Below, piece by piece: positions 1-8,807 of a stretch of 40,897 nt of DNA. Both the position numbers and the translations under genes were made by a program. The notes under the pieces were generated by a model, which was not told the origin of the DNA, did not search any database, and saw only the letters and a program-made list of their open reading frames with translations. How positions within the stretch are numbered: position 1 is the first letter of the stretch; each line of letters begins with the position of its first letter. Origin of the DNA: Vicinamibacteria bacterium (GTDB lineage Bacteria; Acidobacteriota; Vicinamibacteria; Fen-336; JAGNNV01); contig JBDTQB010000003.1 of the NCBI GenBank assembly GCA_039932395.1, positions 1 through 40,897 of the forward strand, written 5' to 3'.

Positions 1-886
1 TCGCGCCGATCGGATCGACGTTGAAGTGATGATTCAGGTTCTCGAAGAGTTTGAGGGTGACCCGCTTGTTGCCTGCCTCCCTCATCACACGATCGAGCGA
101 GCGCGCTTCGTCGGGAGAGACCGCGCGATCGGTCAGGCCTTGAAGGATCAGCACCGGGCATCGGACGCGCCTTGCCGTCACTAGAGGATCACGATTCTGT
201 GACCACTGCCGCCAATGCTCCGTGCTCGCCGCGACGTTGAGTGCCTGTTGCGCCATCCGTTCTTCGAGAATAGCGGCCTTCTTTTCGTTAGGGATCGACG
301 CGTCGCGCCCGATGTCGTAGCGATGCTGATACCGCATCGTCTCGCGAAAGCTCACCGCAGGCCCGCCCATCAACACGACGGCCGCGATCTTGGGATCGTT
401 CACCGCGACCAGGGGAGCCACCGCGCCACCGAAGCTATGGCCGATGACCACGACCCTCGCCGGATCGATGTCTTTGCGGGCGCGCAACCAGGCGATGGCG
501 ACCCGCGCGTCATCCGCGACATCGTCGCCGGTGGCCGCGTTTCCATCTCCCGTGGAACCGCCGATTCCGCGATCGTCAACGCGCAGCATCGCGACGCCAT
601 GGTTGGCGAGCGCCGAGGCGATCTCGCGGAAGGGTCGATAAGGATGACCCGGTGTTCGATTGCCGTCCCGAAGATGGAGGCCCGAGCCCGTCAGCGAGAA
701 TGCCACGGCGTAAGGCGCCTCGCCGACGGTCGGCAGGGTCAACGTGCCCGCGAGCTTCCGTCCGTCTACGCCGGCAATGATGACTTCCTCTTCGCGCGCC
801 GTCGCCTTGGTGTCTTCGGACGCGACAGGCCGCGCGCCTAGGAGCGCCAACCCTGAGAAAAGAAGCCCGACGATCGAGACCCTCAT
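1..886 (-). CDS. Secreted alpha/beta-fold serine hydrolase (S9/S33-like); 3' end runs off the window
   Basis: Absent from the ORF track because it has no stop in the window; translated by hand from ATG at 886. Reads MRVSIVGLLFSGLALLG (signal-like), LAGTLTLP, LTGSG, LRVDDRGIGGSTG, nucleophile elbow GHSFGG, PVLILQGLTD (Asp) and FENLNHHF (His). Confidence 0.88.
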   Translation of the reverse strand, partial: MRVSIVGLLFSGLALLGARPVASEDTKATAREEEVIIAGVDGRKLAGTLTLPTVGEAPYAVAFSLTGSGLHLRDGNRTPGHPYRPFREIASALANHGVAMLRVDDRGIGGSTGDGNAATGDDVADDARVAIAWLRARKDIDPARVVVIGHSFGGAVAPLVAVNDPKIAAVVLMGGPAVSFRETMRYQHRYDIGRDASIPNEKKAAILEERMAQQALNVAASTEHWRQWSQNRDPLVTARRVRCPVLILQGLTDRAVSPDEARSLDRVMREAGNKRVTLKLFENLNHHFNVDPIGA

Positions 887-895
887 CCCTGCCCC

Positions 896-1417
896 CTAGT
901 TCGCTTCGTTGCGCACATCGTCGAGAACATCGATGGCCGTTTTCAGAAGAAGAATCAGAGAGCCCTTTTCCTCCGGCGACATCTGCACCGGCTGATTCTC
1001 GTCCTCCTCCGCTTCCGCTATGGCTTCGAAGACGTACTGAAGCAACGCAGGCTGTGAGGTCAGGCTCTCGACCGAAGGCGCTTCGGAAGATTGCGGGTCA
1101 AGGCCATCGAGCGCGATCAGGGCGTCCTCATTGGCCATGAGCTTCCCCTGGATCGCCGCGCCGCTGATCGGCTTTCTCTTGCCACGCGTTTCGCGACGGA
1201 AGGCCCGCCAGATCACGATGTAGATGAAGCCTGCGAGTTCGCCGACGCCCGCGGTCATGCCTTCGGTCGCGCCGAGAATGAAGGCGAGGAGATCCGGCTG
1301 CTCGCGTGCCGCCTTTTCCATTTCCATGGGGATCTTCGAAAGCGGGATGGCGGCGACGTCTTCCCACGCCTGGTCGACCACCGAGGTCGGAATGGGATCG
1401 AGGGGACGGCGGCTCAC
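896..1417 (-). CDS. Hypothetical acidic, probably helical protein (173 aa)
   Basis: Protein-like composition. Its GTG start overlaps the upstream TGA (GTGA at 1414-1417), and it ends 9 bp before the hydrolase ATG. No family recognised. Confidence 0.7.
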   Translation of the reverse strand: MSRRPLDPIPTSVVDQAWEDVAAIPLSKIPMEMEKAAREQPDLLAFILGATEGMTAGVGELAGFIYIVIWRAFRRETRGKRKPISGAAIQGKLMANEDALIALDGLDPQSSEAPSVESLTSQPALLQYVFEAIAEAEEDENQPVQMSPEEKGSLILLLKTAIDVLDDVRNEAN

Positions 1418-1782
1418 TTACCCCGACCCTTCTTCGGCTTCTCGCTCTCGTCCAGATGAAAGCGATGCATCGCGCGGTGCAGCACGGGCGCCAGCACGAC
1501 TCCGATCGCGACCAGGAAGACCAGGCCCGCGAAGAGCGCATAAGTGCCCGCGAAGATCTTCCCAACTGAGGTGTGAAGCTCGGCCACCGGACCCATGCCG
1601 CCCAGGATCATCGCGGCATTCACGTAGGCGTCGATCCAGGCGAGTCCTTCCAGCCAGTGATAGCCCGCCATTCCGAGACACAGCGTGGCGACGATCAGGC
1701 CACCGGTCGCGAGCGCATGTTGCGTGAGCCGGGCGACATAGAGACGATGGGAGAGCAGGGGCTGATGACGACGTTCGTACAT
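1414..1782 (-). CDS. Small two-TM membrane protein with a K-channel-like (Ion_trans_2-like) layout and a non-canonical filter (122 aa)
   Basis: C-terminal part of track ORF 1414..2340, restarted at ATG 1782 (MYERRHQP). Layout is TM1 (GGLIVATLCLGMAGYHWLEGL), a pore-helix-like WIDAYVNAAMIL, loop GGMGP, then TSVGKIFAG and TM2. Confidence 0.72.
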   Translation of the reverse strand: MYERRHQPLLSHRLYVARLTQHALATGGLIVATLCLGMAGYHWLEGLAWIDAYVNAAMILGGMGPVAELHTSVGKIFAGTYALFAGLVFLVAIGVVLAPVLHRAMHRFHLDESEKPKKGRGK

Positions 1783-1869
1783 GGCGGTCAACTTATTCTC
1801 GCGCAGAGTTGGGTGGGATGGGGACACGCCCATCGGTGAACTGTTCTGAGCAGATAGGCTTGCTCCACC

Positions 1870-2583
1870 TTGACTCAGATTGCCCTGGGCGACATCACCG
1901 TGGACGTGATCCGCAGGAGGATGAGAAGTATCCGGCTCAGCGTTCATCCTCCGGGAGACCGCGTACGGATCTCCGCGCCTTTTCGCGTCGCGTTCGAGAC
2001 CCTTCGATTGTTCGCCATCGCGAAGCTGGGCTGGATCCGGAAGCAACAGGCGAAGCTGCGAAAGCAGGAACGGGAAACACCGCGTGAGTATCTCGATCGC
2101 GAGAGCCATTTCGTCTGGGGGACGCGATACCTGCTCCGAGTCGAAGAGCTGAACGTAGCGCCCAGAATCGACCTCGGCGTGGCGGAGCTGGTCCTTCGGG
2201 TTCGTCCTGGAACTCCGGCGCGGAAGCGGGCCGAGATTCTGGAGGCCTGGCATCGCGATCAACTGAAGGCGGCGGCCGAACCACTCTTTAGAAAATGGGA
2301 ACCCACAATGGGGGTCAAGGTGGGGAAGCTGTTCACTCAACGAATGAAGACGCGGTGGGGCACCTGCAACACCCGCTCAAGAAGCATCCGGCTGAATACT
2401 GAGCTTGTGAAGAAGCCTCGGGAATGCCTGGAGTACGTGGTGGTGCACGAGATGGTTCATCTTCTGGAGCCCAGCCACAACGCCCGCTTCAAGTCGCTCA
2501 TGAGCCAGTACATCCCGAACTGGGTGGTCTATCGGCAGATGCTCAATCGCCTGCCGGTGCGCCACGACGACTGGGTGTACTGA
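1870..2583 (+). CDS. YgjP/DUF45 (M48-like) zinc metallopeptidase/hydrolase
   Basis: MKTRWGTCN, IRLNTEL, LEYVVVHEMVHL (HExxH) and HNARF motifs typical of the YgjP family; TTG start. Confidence 0.9.
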   Translation: MTQIALGDITVDVIRRRMRSIRLSVHPPGDRVRISAPFRVAFETLRLFAIAKLGWIRKQQAKLRKQERETPREYLDRESHFVWGTRYLLRVEELNVAPRIDLGVAELVLRVRPGTPARKRAEILEAWHRDQLKAAAEPLFRKWEPTMGVKVGKLFTQRMKTRWGTCNTRSRSIRLNTELVKKPRECLEYVVVHEMVHLLEPSHNARFKSLMSQYIPNWVVYRQMLNRLPVRHDDWVY

Positions 2584-2596
2584 ACTCCGCGAAGGC

Positions 2597-3328
2597 CTAT
2601 GGGAGAGCGTCTGCGGCGGGCGCGGGAGCCGCCCATCCTTCCGGACGAAGCAGGCCCAGATCTCTTGCGAACTTCGCATACGTGAATCCCGCGATCACGT
2701 CGTAGATGAAGTGCACCGTCATTGCCACATAGAGCGAGCCGGAGAGCCAGACCAGAGCGTGGAACGCGGCCGCGATGGTTCCAATGGCGAGGACGCTACG
2801 CGCGCCCTGAATCGCATGGGCCAGGGCGAACGACACGACGCTGAGGACGATCGAAGCGATGAGGGAGCCGGTGAGCAGCAAGAGCAGGGCAGGCAGAACT
2901 CCGCGCCAGACCAGCTCCTCGGCGACACCCGCGGCAAGCGACAAGGCGATCCACATCCGCCCCTCACGATCGTTGGTCGGCGCGAAGAGCCGCCACGCCG
3001 GCTTGTGTTGCTCGACGGAACGGCGCCAGTAAGGCCGGATCAGCAGCAGGGCTACGACCATGAACGCGACGCCCGCTCCCCACGAGGTAAGCGAGGGCCA
3101 TCGCGGCGGAAAGAGACCGACCTCTTCCACGTAGCCTGTCCCCACCGCCAGCGCGCCGAGAAACAGCTGCGGTATCAGCATGGCCACGAAGCGATCCTGC
3201 AGGGGAATGGACGCCATCGCGAGGGCACCATCGCGGTTCCGTAGCACGGCCCACGGCACCACGACGCCCACGAAGGCGATGAAGATCCAACCGACGAGCG
3301 AGACGGGGCTGAGACTCAAGACATTCAA
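2597..3328 (-). CDS. CPBP (CAAX/Abi) family intramembrane glutamic endopeptidase
   Basis: Multi-TM protein with AEELVWRG (EExxxR), FALAH and HFIYD motifs. Start uncertain: TTG 3328 overlaps the nei stop; TTG 3319 is the alternative. Confidence 0.87.
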   Translation of the reverse strand: MNVLSLSPVSLVGWIFIAFVGVVVPWAVLRNRDGALAMASIPLQDRFVAMLIPQLFLGALAVGTGYVEEVGLFPPRWPSLTSWGAGVAFMVVALLLIRPYWRRSVEQHKPAWRLFAPTNDREGRMWIALSLAAGVAEELVWRGVLPALLLLLTGSLIASIVLSVVSFALAHAIQGARSVLAIGTIAAAFHALVWLSGSLYVAMTVHFIYDVIAGFTYAKFARDLGLLRPEGWAAPAPAADALP

Positions 3329-4176
3329 ATCGTCGGGATTGTAGGCGCTTGGGGTTGGCACACTGGACACCAGAACGTGACCCTTGCGTCGAGCCCCTGT
3401 TTGCGTTGTTGAATCGCCGAACCGCATTGACGGCACGGTTCCCCGGCTCTTCGATAAACCCAGAGGCGATGCGTTGGATCCGATCGCCCGGTGGTGCGAC
3501 GCATCCCCGTGTAGGTGACGATCTGATCGCCCGCGCCATCCGAGACGTTGGCGAGCATGAACTTCCGGGCGTTCGCCATAAGGTCGTCTCGCTCCTCCTT
3601 CAGCAGCGCGCCGACGAGCCGGAAGGGATGCACGCCGCTCGCGAAACAGATCTCCGACTTGTAGACGTTGCCGATCCCAGCCACGATCGACTGGGTGAGA
3701 AGCGCTGCGCCAACTTCAAGCTCGGGCCGGGCCGCCAGGCGGATTGCCCCTTCCATCGGATCGAAGTCCGTCGCTAGAACATCGGGTCCGAGCTGGCTCG
3801 TCTGGCGATGGCGACTCAGGCTCTGCGCGGTGTGGAACTCCGCGATCTGGATGTTGAAAGCGACGGCCACGAACGGCGAGGTGTGAATGGCGACGCGCAT
3901 GTCGCGGCGGCCGCGCTGCCACGTCTCGCCGGGACGGTAAATGTGCCAGCTTCCATTCATCAGCATGTGGGTGAGCAGGATCAGGTCGCCGGAGAAGGTC
4001 ATGTGGAGCCATTTCCCTTGAGACGCGACGGACTCCACGGTCCGTCCCGCGATCGAGGCATCGTCATCCACGCGCGCGAGCTGGGCGAACACCGTTTCGA
4101 ATTTTGTGACCAACTGCCCGGCGAGCGCTCGATTGAGTGTCCGCGCGGCGCGGAAGATGGTGTCGCCTTCAGGCAT
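3325..4176 (-). CDS. nei: Fpg/Nei family DNA glycosylase/AP lyase (endonuclease VIII-like)
   Basis: N-terminal MPEG catalytic motif, GKWL, HMLMNG, H2TH segment AGIGNVYKSE, and a C-terminal zinc finger CRQC...CPVC. Confidence 0.93.
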   Translation of the reverse strand: MPEGDTIFRAARTLNRALAGQLVTKFETVFAQLARVDDDASIAGRTVESVASQGKWLHMTFSGDLILLTHMLMNGSWHIYRPGETWQRGRRDMRVAIHTSPFVAVAFNIQIAEFHTAQSLSRHRQTSQLGPDVLATDFDPMEGAIRLAARPELEVGAALLTQSIVAGIGNVYKSEICFASGVHPFRLVGALLKEERDDLMANARKFMLANVSDGAGDQIVTYTGMRRTTGRSDPTHRLWVYRRAGEPCRQCGSAIQQRKQGLDARVTFWCPVCQPQAPTIPTI

Positions 4177-4192
4177 CGTGATTGTTCAAGGG

Positions 4193-7100
4193 TCAGCCCG
4201 CATCTTCCGTGTCGCTGTCCTCATCGACAGCGGCGTCCGATTCAGACTCGTTGCGTTTCACGCCAGGCGCAGCCAGGCGACGAATCTGGAATCCTCCCGA
4301 AGTCCAGGCGAAGCCACTTTCTTCCAGGAACCGCGCCATGAAGCCTTCATTCGCGGGCGCTTCGTTGATCTTTTGGATGAGCAGGCCGCGCCGCAGCATC
4401 TGCCTGCGCGTGGCGAGTTCAGCCAACGTCTGCGCCAACGCGTGCGCCACCTGCGTGCGCTCCGGCTCCTCCTCGGGAAGAAAAACCCGGAGAGAGCTGT
4501 TGTGGCGGCGGAGAAAGGCGACGAGCCGGCCATTCGAGAGAATGACGTTGGCGCCCGCGGCCCGCGCCATCGAGTGGTCACCCTTCTCCTCAACCCAGGG
4601 CAGCAGGCTGCCGTAAGGATTCGCCGGATCGAAGGCGGCGAGCACGATGGTTTCGGGACGATCGGGTGGCCGACGCAGACTGCGCAGCATGTCGACGGCG
4701 GAGGGAGCCGCGAACTGCGCGGCGCCCATCCCGGCGACGAACATTCCGCGTCGGGCCCGCCCGCTTTCCTCCATCGTCTTGAGTGCTGGATAGATCGACG
4801 GATACCCACCGCGAAGATTCTCGGCAAGGCCGGTCTCGCGCATGACGATTCCGTTTCGGATCAGCATCTGCTGGGCGGTGGCAGCACTCCATTCTGTCTG
4901 AGTCGACGGCGTGGTGATCCGTTGCTGCACGAGCGACCATCGACCCTGTCCGACCTGGCCGCCGACCCGGCGCGAACGGAACCTTCGTGCGAATGCCGCC
5001 GAAGCCGCGGCGGCGCCCCGCGTCTTGTCGGCCGCGCGGCTCGCAAGCAGAGCCCGCACCGGATGGAACGTGTCGTTCGTCACGAGCCCGGCCCATACCA
5101 GTTCCCACAGCGCGTCCGTCGCCTCGGCGGGGAAGCCCGCTCCCGTGGCCTGATGAATGGTGGCCAGGAATGACGCGCCTTGCGCGCGAAGGAAGTCGAG
5201 GATCTTCGAGGCGCGTTCCGAAAGTTCTGGCGGAAGCGAGGTGAACGCGTCGGGAGGCAGGAGCCGGCCAAGAGATTCGGCGAGATAGAGGCTGACGCGT
5301 CCGTCATGAGTGCCGATCTGCCCGCGCCCGACCCACACAATCTCGCCCGCCGCGAGCAACCCATCGAGATCGGAGGGGAGATAGGTCGAGATGCGCGCGG
5401 GAAGAATCTCACGCTCCAGATCGGAGGCCACGAGATCGACGCCCTGCAGGATCTCCAGGGAGTCCAGAAGCGCATCGACTCCTTTGCGCGGCGCGGTGAC
5501 GCCTTGCCACCGGGTCAGGAGGCGCGTGAAGACATGCTGCTCGGCTGGCACGACTTCCCGGCGCAATGCCGCCAACGTCTTCCGGCGAACGAGTTGGAGG
5601 ACATCTGGATCGCACCACTCCATGTGCACGCCGCCGGGACGGAACTCTCCTTCGAGGATTTGAGCCCTTCCGTGGAGCGTGCGGTAAACGACGTCGATGT
5701 CGGGCGCAGACACTCCGTATCGTTCTGCTGCGTCGGCGGTGGTGAAAGGCCCGTGGGTCCGAGCGTAGCGCCGCAAGATTCCGAAGAGCGCATCGGGCGC
5801 GCTTTCGAGGAAGGTGTCGGCGAGACCGGGCGGAAGCGGCGTTCCGAGGGCATCTCGATAGCGGCCCGCGTATTCAACGGGGATCAGGCGAGACGCACCC
5901 GCGATGCGCACGCGCACCACGCGTCTGGTTCCGACCAGGGAATCAAGCGACGCAGCGACATCGGCGGTGACGCACCGCGCTGCGATCTCGTCTTCGGTGA
6001 GATCGCCCAACTTGAGCAAGAGATCGTGGAGTCCGTCGGCGTGCTTCGCTTGATAGTCCGGATCGAGGGCTTGAAGCTGCGACTCCACTTCCTCCATCGC
6101 TCCCTTGTCGAGCAGTTCGCGGAAGTCGGTGGTCCCGAGGATCTCCTCGAGCTGCGATTGATCGATCGACAAAGCCTGCGCGCGTCGCTCGGCGAGCGGC
6201 GCATCGCCGTCATAGAGGTAGTTCGCGATGTACGAGAACAACAAGGCCGACGCGTAGGGCGAGGGCTTCGTCGAGTCGACCGTGGTGACGCGGATATCGC
6301 CGCGCTCGATCTTGCGCAAGACGTCCGTGGCGGAGTCGAGATCCAGGACATCACGCACGCACTCGCGATAGGTCTCCAACATGATCGGGAACGAGGAGTA
6401 CTGGGCGGCCACCGCCATTAAGTCGGCGGCCCGCTTGCGCTGACGCCAGAGCGGCGTGCGCAGACCTGCGCGTCTTCGCGGAAGCAGCAGCGCCCGGCCT
6501 GCCGCCTCACGGAACTTGGCCGCGAAGAGCGATGTGCTTCCGAGCTGTCTCAGCACCAGATCTTTCAACTCGGCGGCGGACGGAAACAACGCGTCGGACT
6601 CCAGAGTGTTCTCGCCTTCCGACAGCCGAAGAACAAAGCCATCATCGGTCCACATCGTCTCGACCACCATGTCGCGCTCGGCGAGCAGACGCGCGCTCAC
6701 CGCCATGCACCACGGTGCATGAACGCGCATGCCGAACGGGGTTAGAACGCAGATGCGCCAGTCGCCCAGTTCGTCGCGACAGCGTTCCACCACGATGTCG
6801 AGATCGGTCGGAACCCTGCCGGTCGCGGCGATCTGATCGTCGAAATAGCGCATCAGATTTTCGGCGGCACCCGCATCGAGGTGGTGATCCGTCACGAGCT
6901 TCGTGTGCGCGACGTTTCTGGGAAGGGCCAGCAACTCACGTGTCATCTCTCCGATGGTCCGACCGAAGTCGGCGGGACGACCGGGATTGTCGCCATGCCA
7001 GAACGGCATCTTCCCCGGCTGGCCCGGCGCAGGTGTGACGATGACCCGGTCTTGAGTGATCTGCTCGATGCGCCAGGTCGATGCGCCCAGAACGATGGTG

Positions 7101-8752
7101 TCGCCCACGCGGCTTTCGAAGACCATTTCCTCGTCGAGTTCGCCCACACGCGCGCCGCGCGTGGCTCCGGCGAGGAAGACGCCGAACAGACCGCGATCGG
7201 GAATGGTTCCGCCATTCATGACGGCCACGCGGCGGGCGCCTTCGCGCGCCGTGATCGCGCCAGACAAGCGATCCCAGGTCATGCGAGGACGTAGGCCTTC
7301 GAACTCATCCGAAGGATAGCGACCTGACAGCATATCGAGCGTGCTGTCGAAAGTTGAGCGGGTGAGCCCGGCGAAGGGCGCCGCTCGGCAGACGACGTCG
7401 TACAGCTCCGTTGCGTTCCAGTCGTCCATGCCCACCATGGCCACAAGGTGCTGCGCCAGGACGTCGAGTGGATTTCGTGGATAACTGACGCGCTCGACTT
7501 TCCCGTCTTGCATTGCCCGGGTCATGGCGGCGCAGGCCACGAGATCGCCACGGAACTTCGGGAAGATCACCGCTTCGCTCACGCCGCCCACGTGATGATT
7601 CGCGCGGCCGATGCGCTGCATGCCGCTCGCGACCGAAGGTGGCGATTCGATCTGAATCACCAGGTCGATCGAGCCCATGTCGATGCCGAGTTCGAGCGAC
7701 GACGTGGCGACGATTCCGCGCAACGTTCCGGTCTTCAGCCGCTCCTCGATTTCCTTCCGTTGATCCGCCGCGACGCTGCCGTGATGCGCGCGCACCAGGA
7801 TGTCGCCCGCGAGTTCGTTCACGGCTCCCGCCAGCCTCTCGGCAAGACGTCGGCTGTTCACGAAGATGAGCGTGGTGCGATGGCTCTGAATCAGCTCCAG
7901 GAGCTTTGGATGGATGGCTCCCCAGATGGAGGTCCGCACCGGGCCTTGCGACGCCGGGCCGCTGGGAATCGCCTCGAACTCATCCAGACGCGCCATATCG
8001 TCGACCGGAACCTCGATGCGCAGGTCGATGTGCTTGGGCGCGCTGGCGTCGATGATGGTGACGGGCCGTGGTGCGCCTCCCGTACTTCCGCCGAGGAAGC
8101 GCGCGACTTCTTCAAGCGGACGCTGGGTGGCGGAAAGACCGATGCGCTGGAGCCGCCGTCCGCAGAGGTGCTCCAGACGTTCCAACGACAGGGCGAGGTG
8201 TGATCCGCGCTTGCCGGGCACCAACGCGTGGATCTCATCGACGATCACCGTCTCCACCGAACGAAGCGCCTCGCGCGCATTCGACGTCAGCAGGAGATAG
8301 AGCGATTCAGGTGTGGTGATGAGAATGTCGGCGGGATGGCGGGAGAAATGAGCGCGCTCACTGGCCAGGGTGTCGCCGGTGCGAATCGCGACGCCCGGTT
8401 CGTAGACCGCCACGTTCTGACGCCGTGCCATCTGCGTGACGCCGACGAGAGGTGCTCGCAGGTTGCGTTCGACGTCGACGGCGAGCGCCTTGATGGGAGA
8501 GATATAGAGGACGCGGCAACGCTGCGTATCCGGCGGCGGCGCCACGAACATCAGACGATCAATCGACCACAAAAACGCGGACAGCGTCTTGCCCGTTCCC
8601 GTGGGTGCAAGGATCAGCGTCGATTCTCCGCGCGAGATCGCGGGCCATCCTTGAACCTGCGGCGCGGTGGCGCCTGGGAAGACCGCTTCGAACCAGTCGC
8701 GGACAGGAGCGTGAAACAGACACAGCGGATCCGGCGTTTCGGGCAGCACCAT
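4193..8752 (-). CDS. lhr: Full-length Lhr ATP-dependent SF2 helicase (1519 aa) with extended C-terminal domain
   Basis: Start set at ATG 8752 (MVLPETPDPL); the upstream extension overlaps the SGNH gene. Motifs APTGTGKT, YISPIKALAVD, ITTPESL, DEIH, GLSAT, HHGS, TSSLELGID, QRIGRA, GTIPDRG, GELDEEMVFE, and C-terminal DPANPYG. Confidence 0.95.
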   Translation of the reverse strand: MVLPETPDPLCLFHAPVRDWFEAVFPGATAPQVQGWPAISRGESTLILAPTGTGKTLSAFLWSIDRLMFVAPPPDTQRCRVLYISPIKALAVDVERNLRAPLVGVTQMARRQNVAVYEPGVAIRTGDTLASERAHFSRHPADILITTPESLYLLLTSNAREALRSVETVIVDEIHALVPGKRGSHLALSLERLEHLCGRRLQRIGLSATQRPLEEVARFLGGSTGGAPRPVTIIDASAPKHIDLRIEVPVDDMARLDEFEAIPSGPASQGPVRTSIWGAIHPKLLELIQSHRTTLIFVNSRRLAERLAGAVNELAGDILVRAHHGSVAADQRKEIEERLKTGTLRGIVATSSLELGIDMGSIDLVIQIESPPSVASGMQRIGRANHHVGGVSEAVIFPKFRGDLVACAAMTRAMQDGKVERVSYPRNPLDVLAQHLVAMVGMDDWNATELYDVVCRAAPFAGLTRSTFDSTLDMLSGRYPSDEFEGLRPRMTWDRLSGAITAREGARRVAVMNGGTIPDRGLFGVFLAGATRGARVGELDEEMVFESRVGDTIVLGASTWRIEQITQDRVIVTPAPGQPGKMPFWHGDNPGRPADFGRTIGEMTRELLALPRNVAHTKLVTDHHLDAGAAENLMRYFDDQIAATGRVPTDLDIVVERCRDELGDWRICVLTPFGMRVHAPWCMAVSARLLAERDMVVETMWTDDGFVLRLSEGENTLESDALFPSAAELKDLVLRQLGSTSLFAAKFREAAGRALLLPRRRAGLRTPLWRQRKRAADLMAVAAQYSSFPIMLETYRECVRDVLDLDSATDVLRKIERGDIRVTTVDSTKPSPYASALLFSYIANYLYDGDAPLAERRAQALSIDQSQLEEILGTTDFRELLDKGAMEEVESQLQALDPDYQAKHADGLHDLLLKLGDLTEDEIAARCVTADVAASLDSLVGTRRVVRVRIAGASRLIPVEYAGRYRDALGTPLPPGLADTFLESAPDALFGILRRYARTHGPFTTADAAERYGVSAPDIDVVYRTLHGRAQILEGEFRPGGVHMEWCDPDVLQLVRRKTLAALRREVVPAEQHVFTRLLTRWQGVTAPRKGVDALLDSLEILQGVDLVASDLEREILPARISTYLPSDLDGLLAAGEIVWVGRGQIGTHDGRVSLYLAESLGRLLPPDAFTSLPPELSERASKILDFLRAQGASFLATIHQATGAGFPAEATDALWELVWAGLVTNDTFHPVRALLASRAADKTRGAAAASAAFARRFRSRRVGGQVGQGRWSLVQQRITTPSTQTEWSAATAQQMLIRNGIVMRETGLAENLRGGYPSIYPALKTMEESGRARRGMFVAGMGAAQFAAPSAVDMLRSLRRPPDRPETIVLAAFDPANPYGSLLPWVEEKGDHSMARAAGANVILSNGRLVAFLRRHNSSLRVFLPEEEPERTQVAHALAQTLAELATRRQMLRRGLLIQKINEAPANEGFMARFLEESGFAWTSGGFQIRRLAAPGVKRNESESDAAVDEDSDTEDAG

Positions 8753-8807
8753 CAGTACCAATCTATCCGCTCGGACCTCTGGGCGAGGTCCGAGCCGCAA
8801 CTGCGGC

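Noticed and set aside
215-841. 208-aa plus-strand ORF
   Set aside because: Antisense shadow of the minus-strand alpha/beta hydrolase, which has clear catalytic motifs.
1817-1834. GATGGG/CCCATC 6-bp inverted repeat in a divergent spacer
   Set aside because: Too short to distinguish from chance.
1783-2340. N-terminal 186 aa of track ORF 1414..2340
   Set aside because: Largely antisense to the YgjP gene and not protein-like; the real gene most likely starts at ATG 1782.
2597-3328. CPBP/Abi gene as a phage abortive-infection system
   Set aside because: The Abi label of this family is historical; there is no defence context here.
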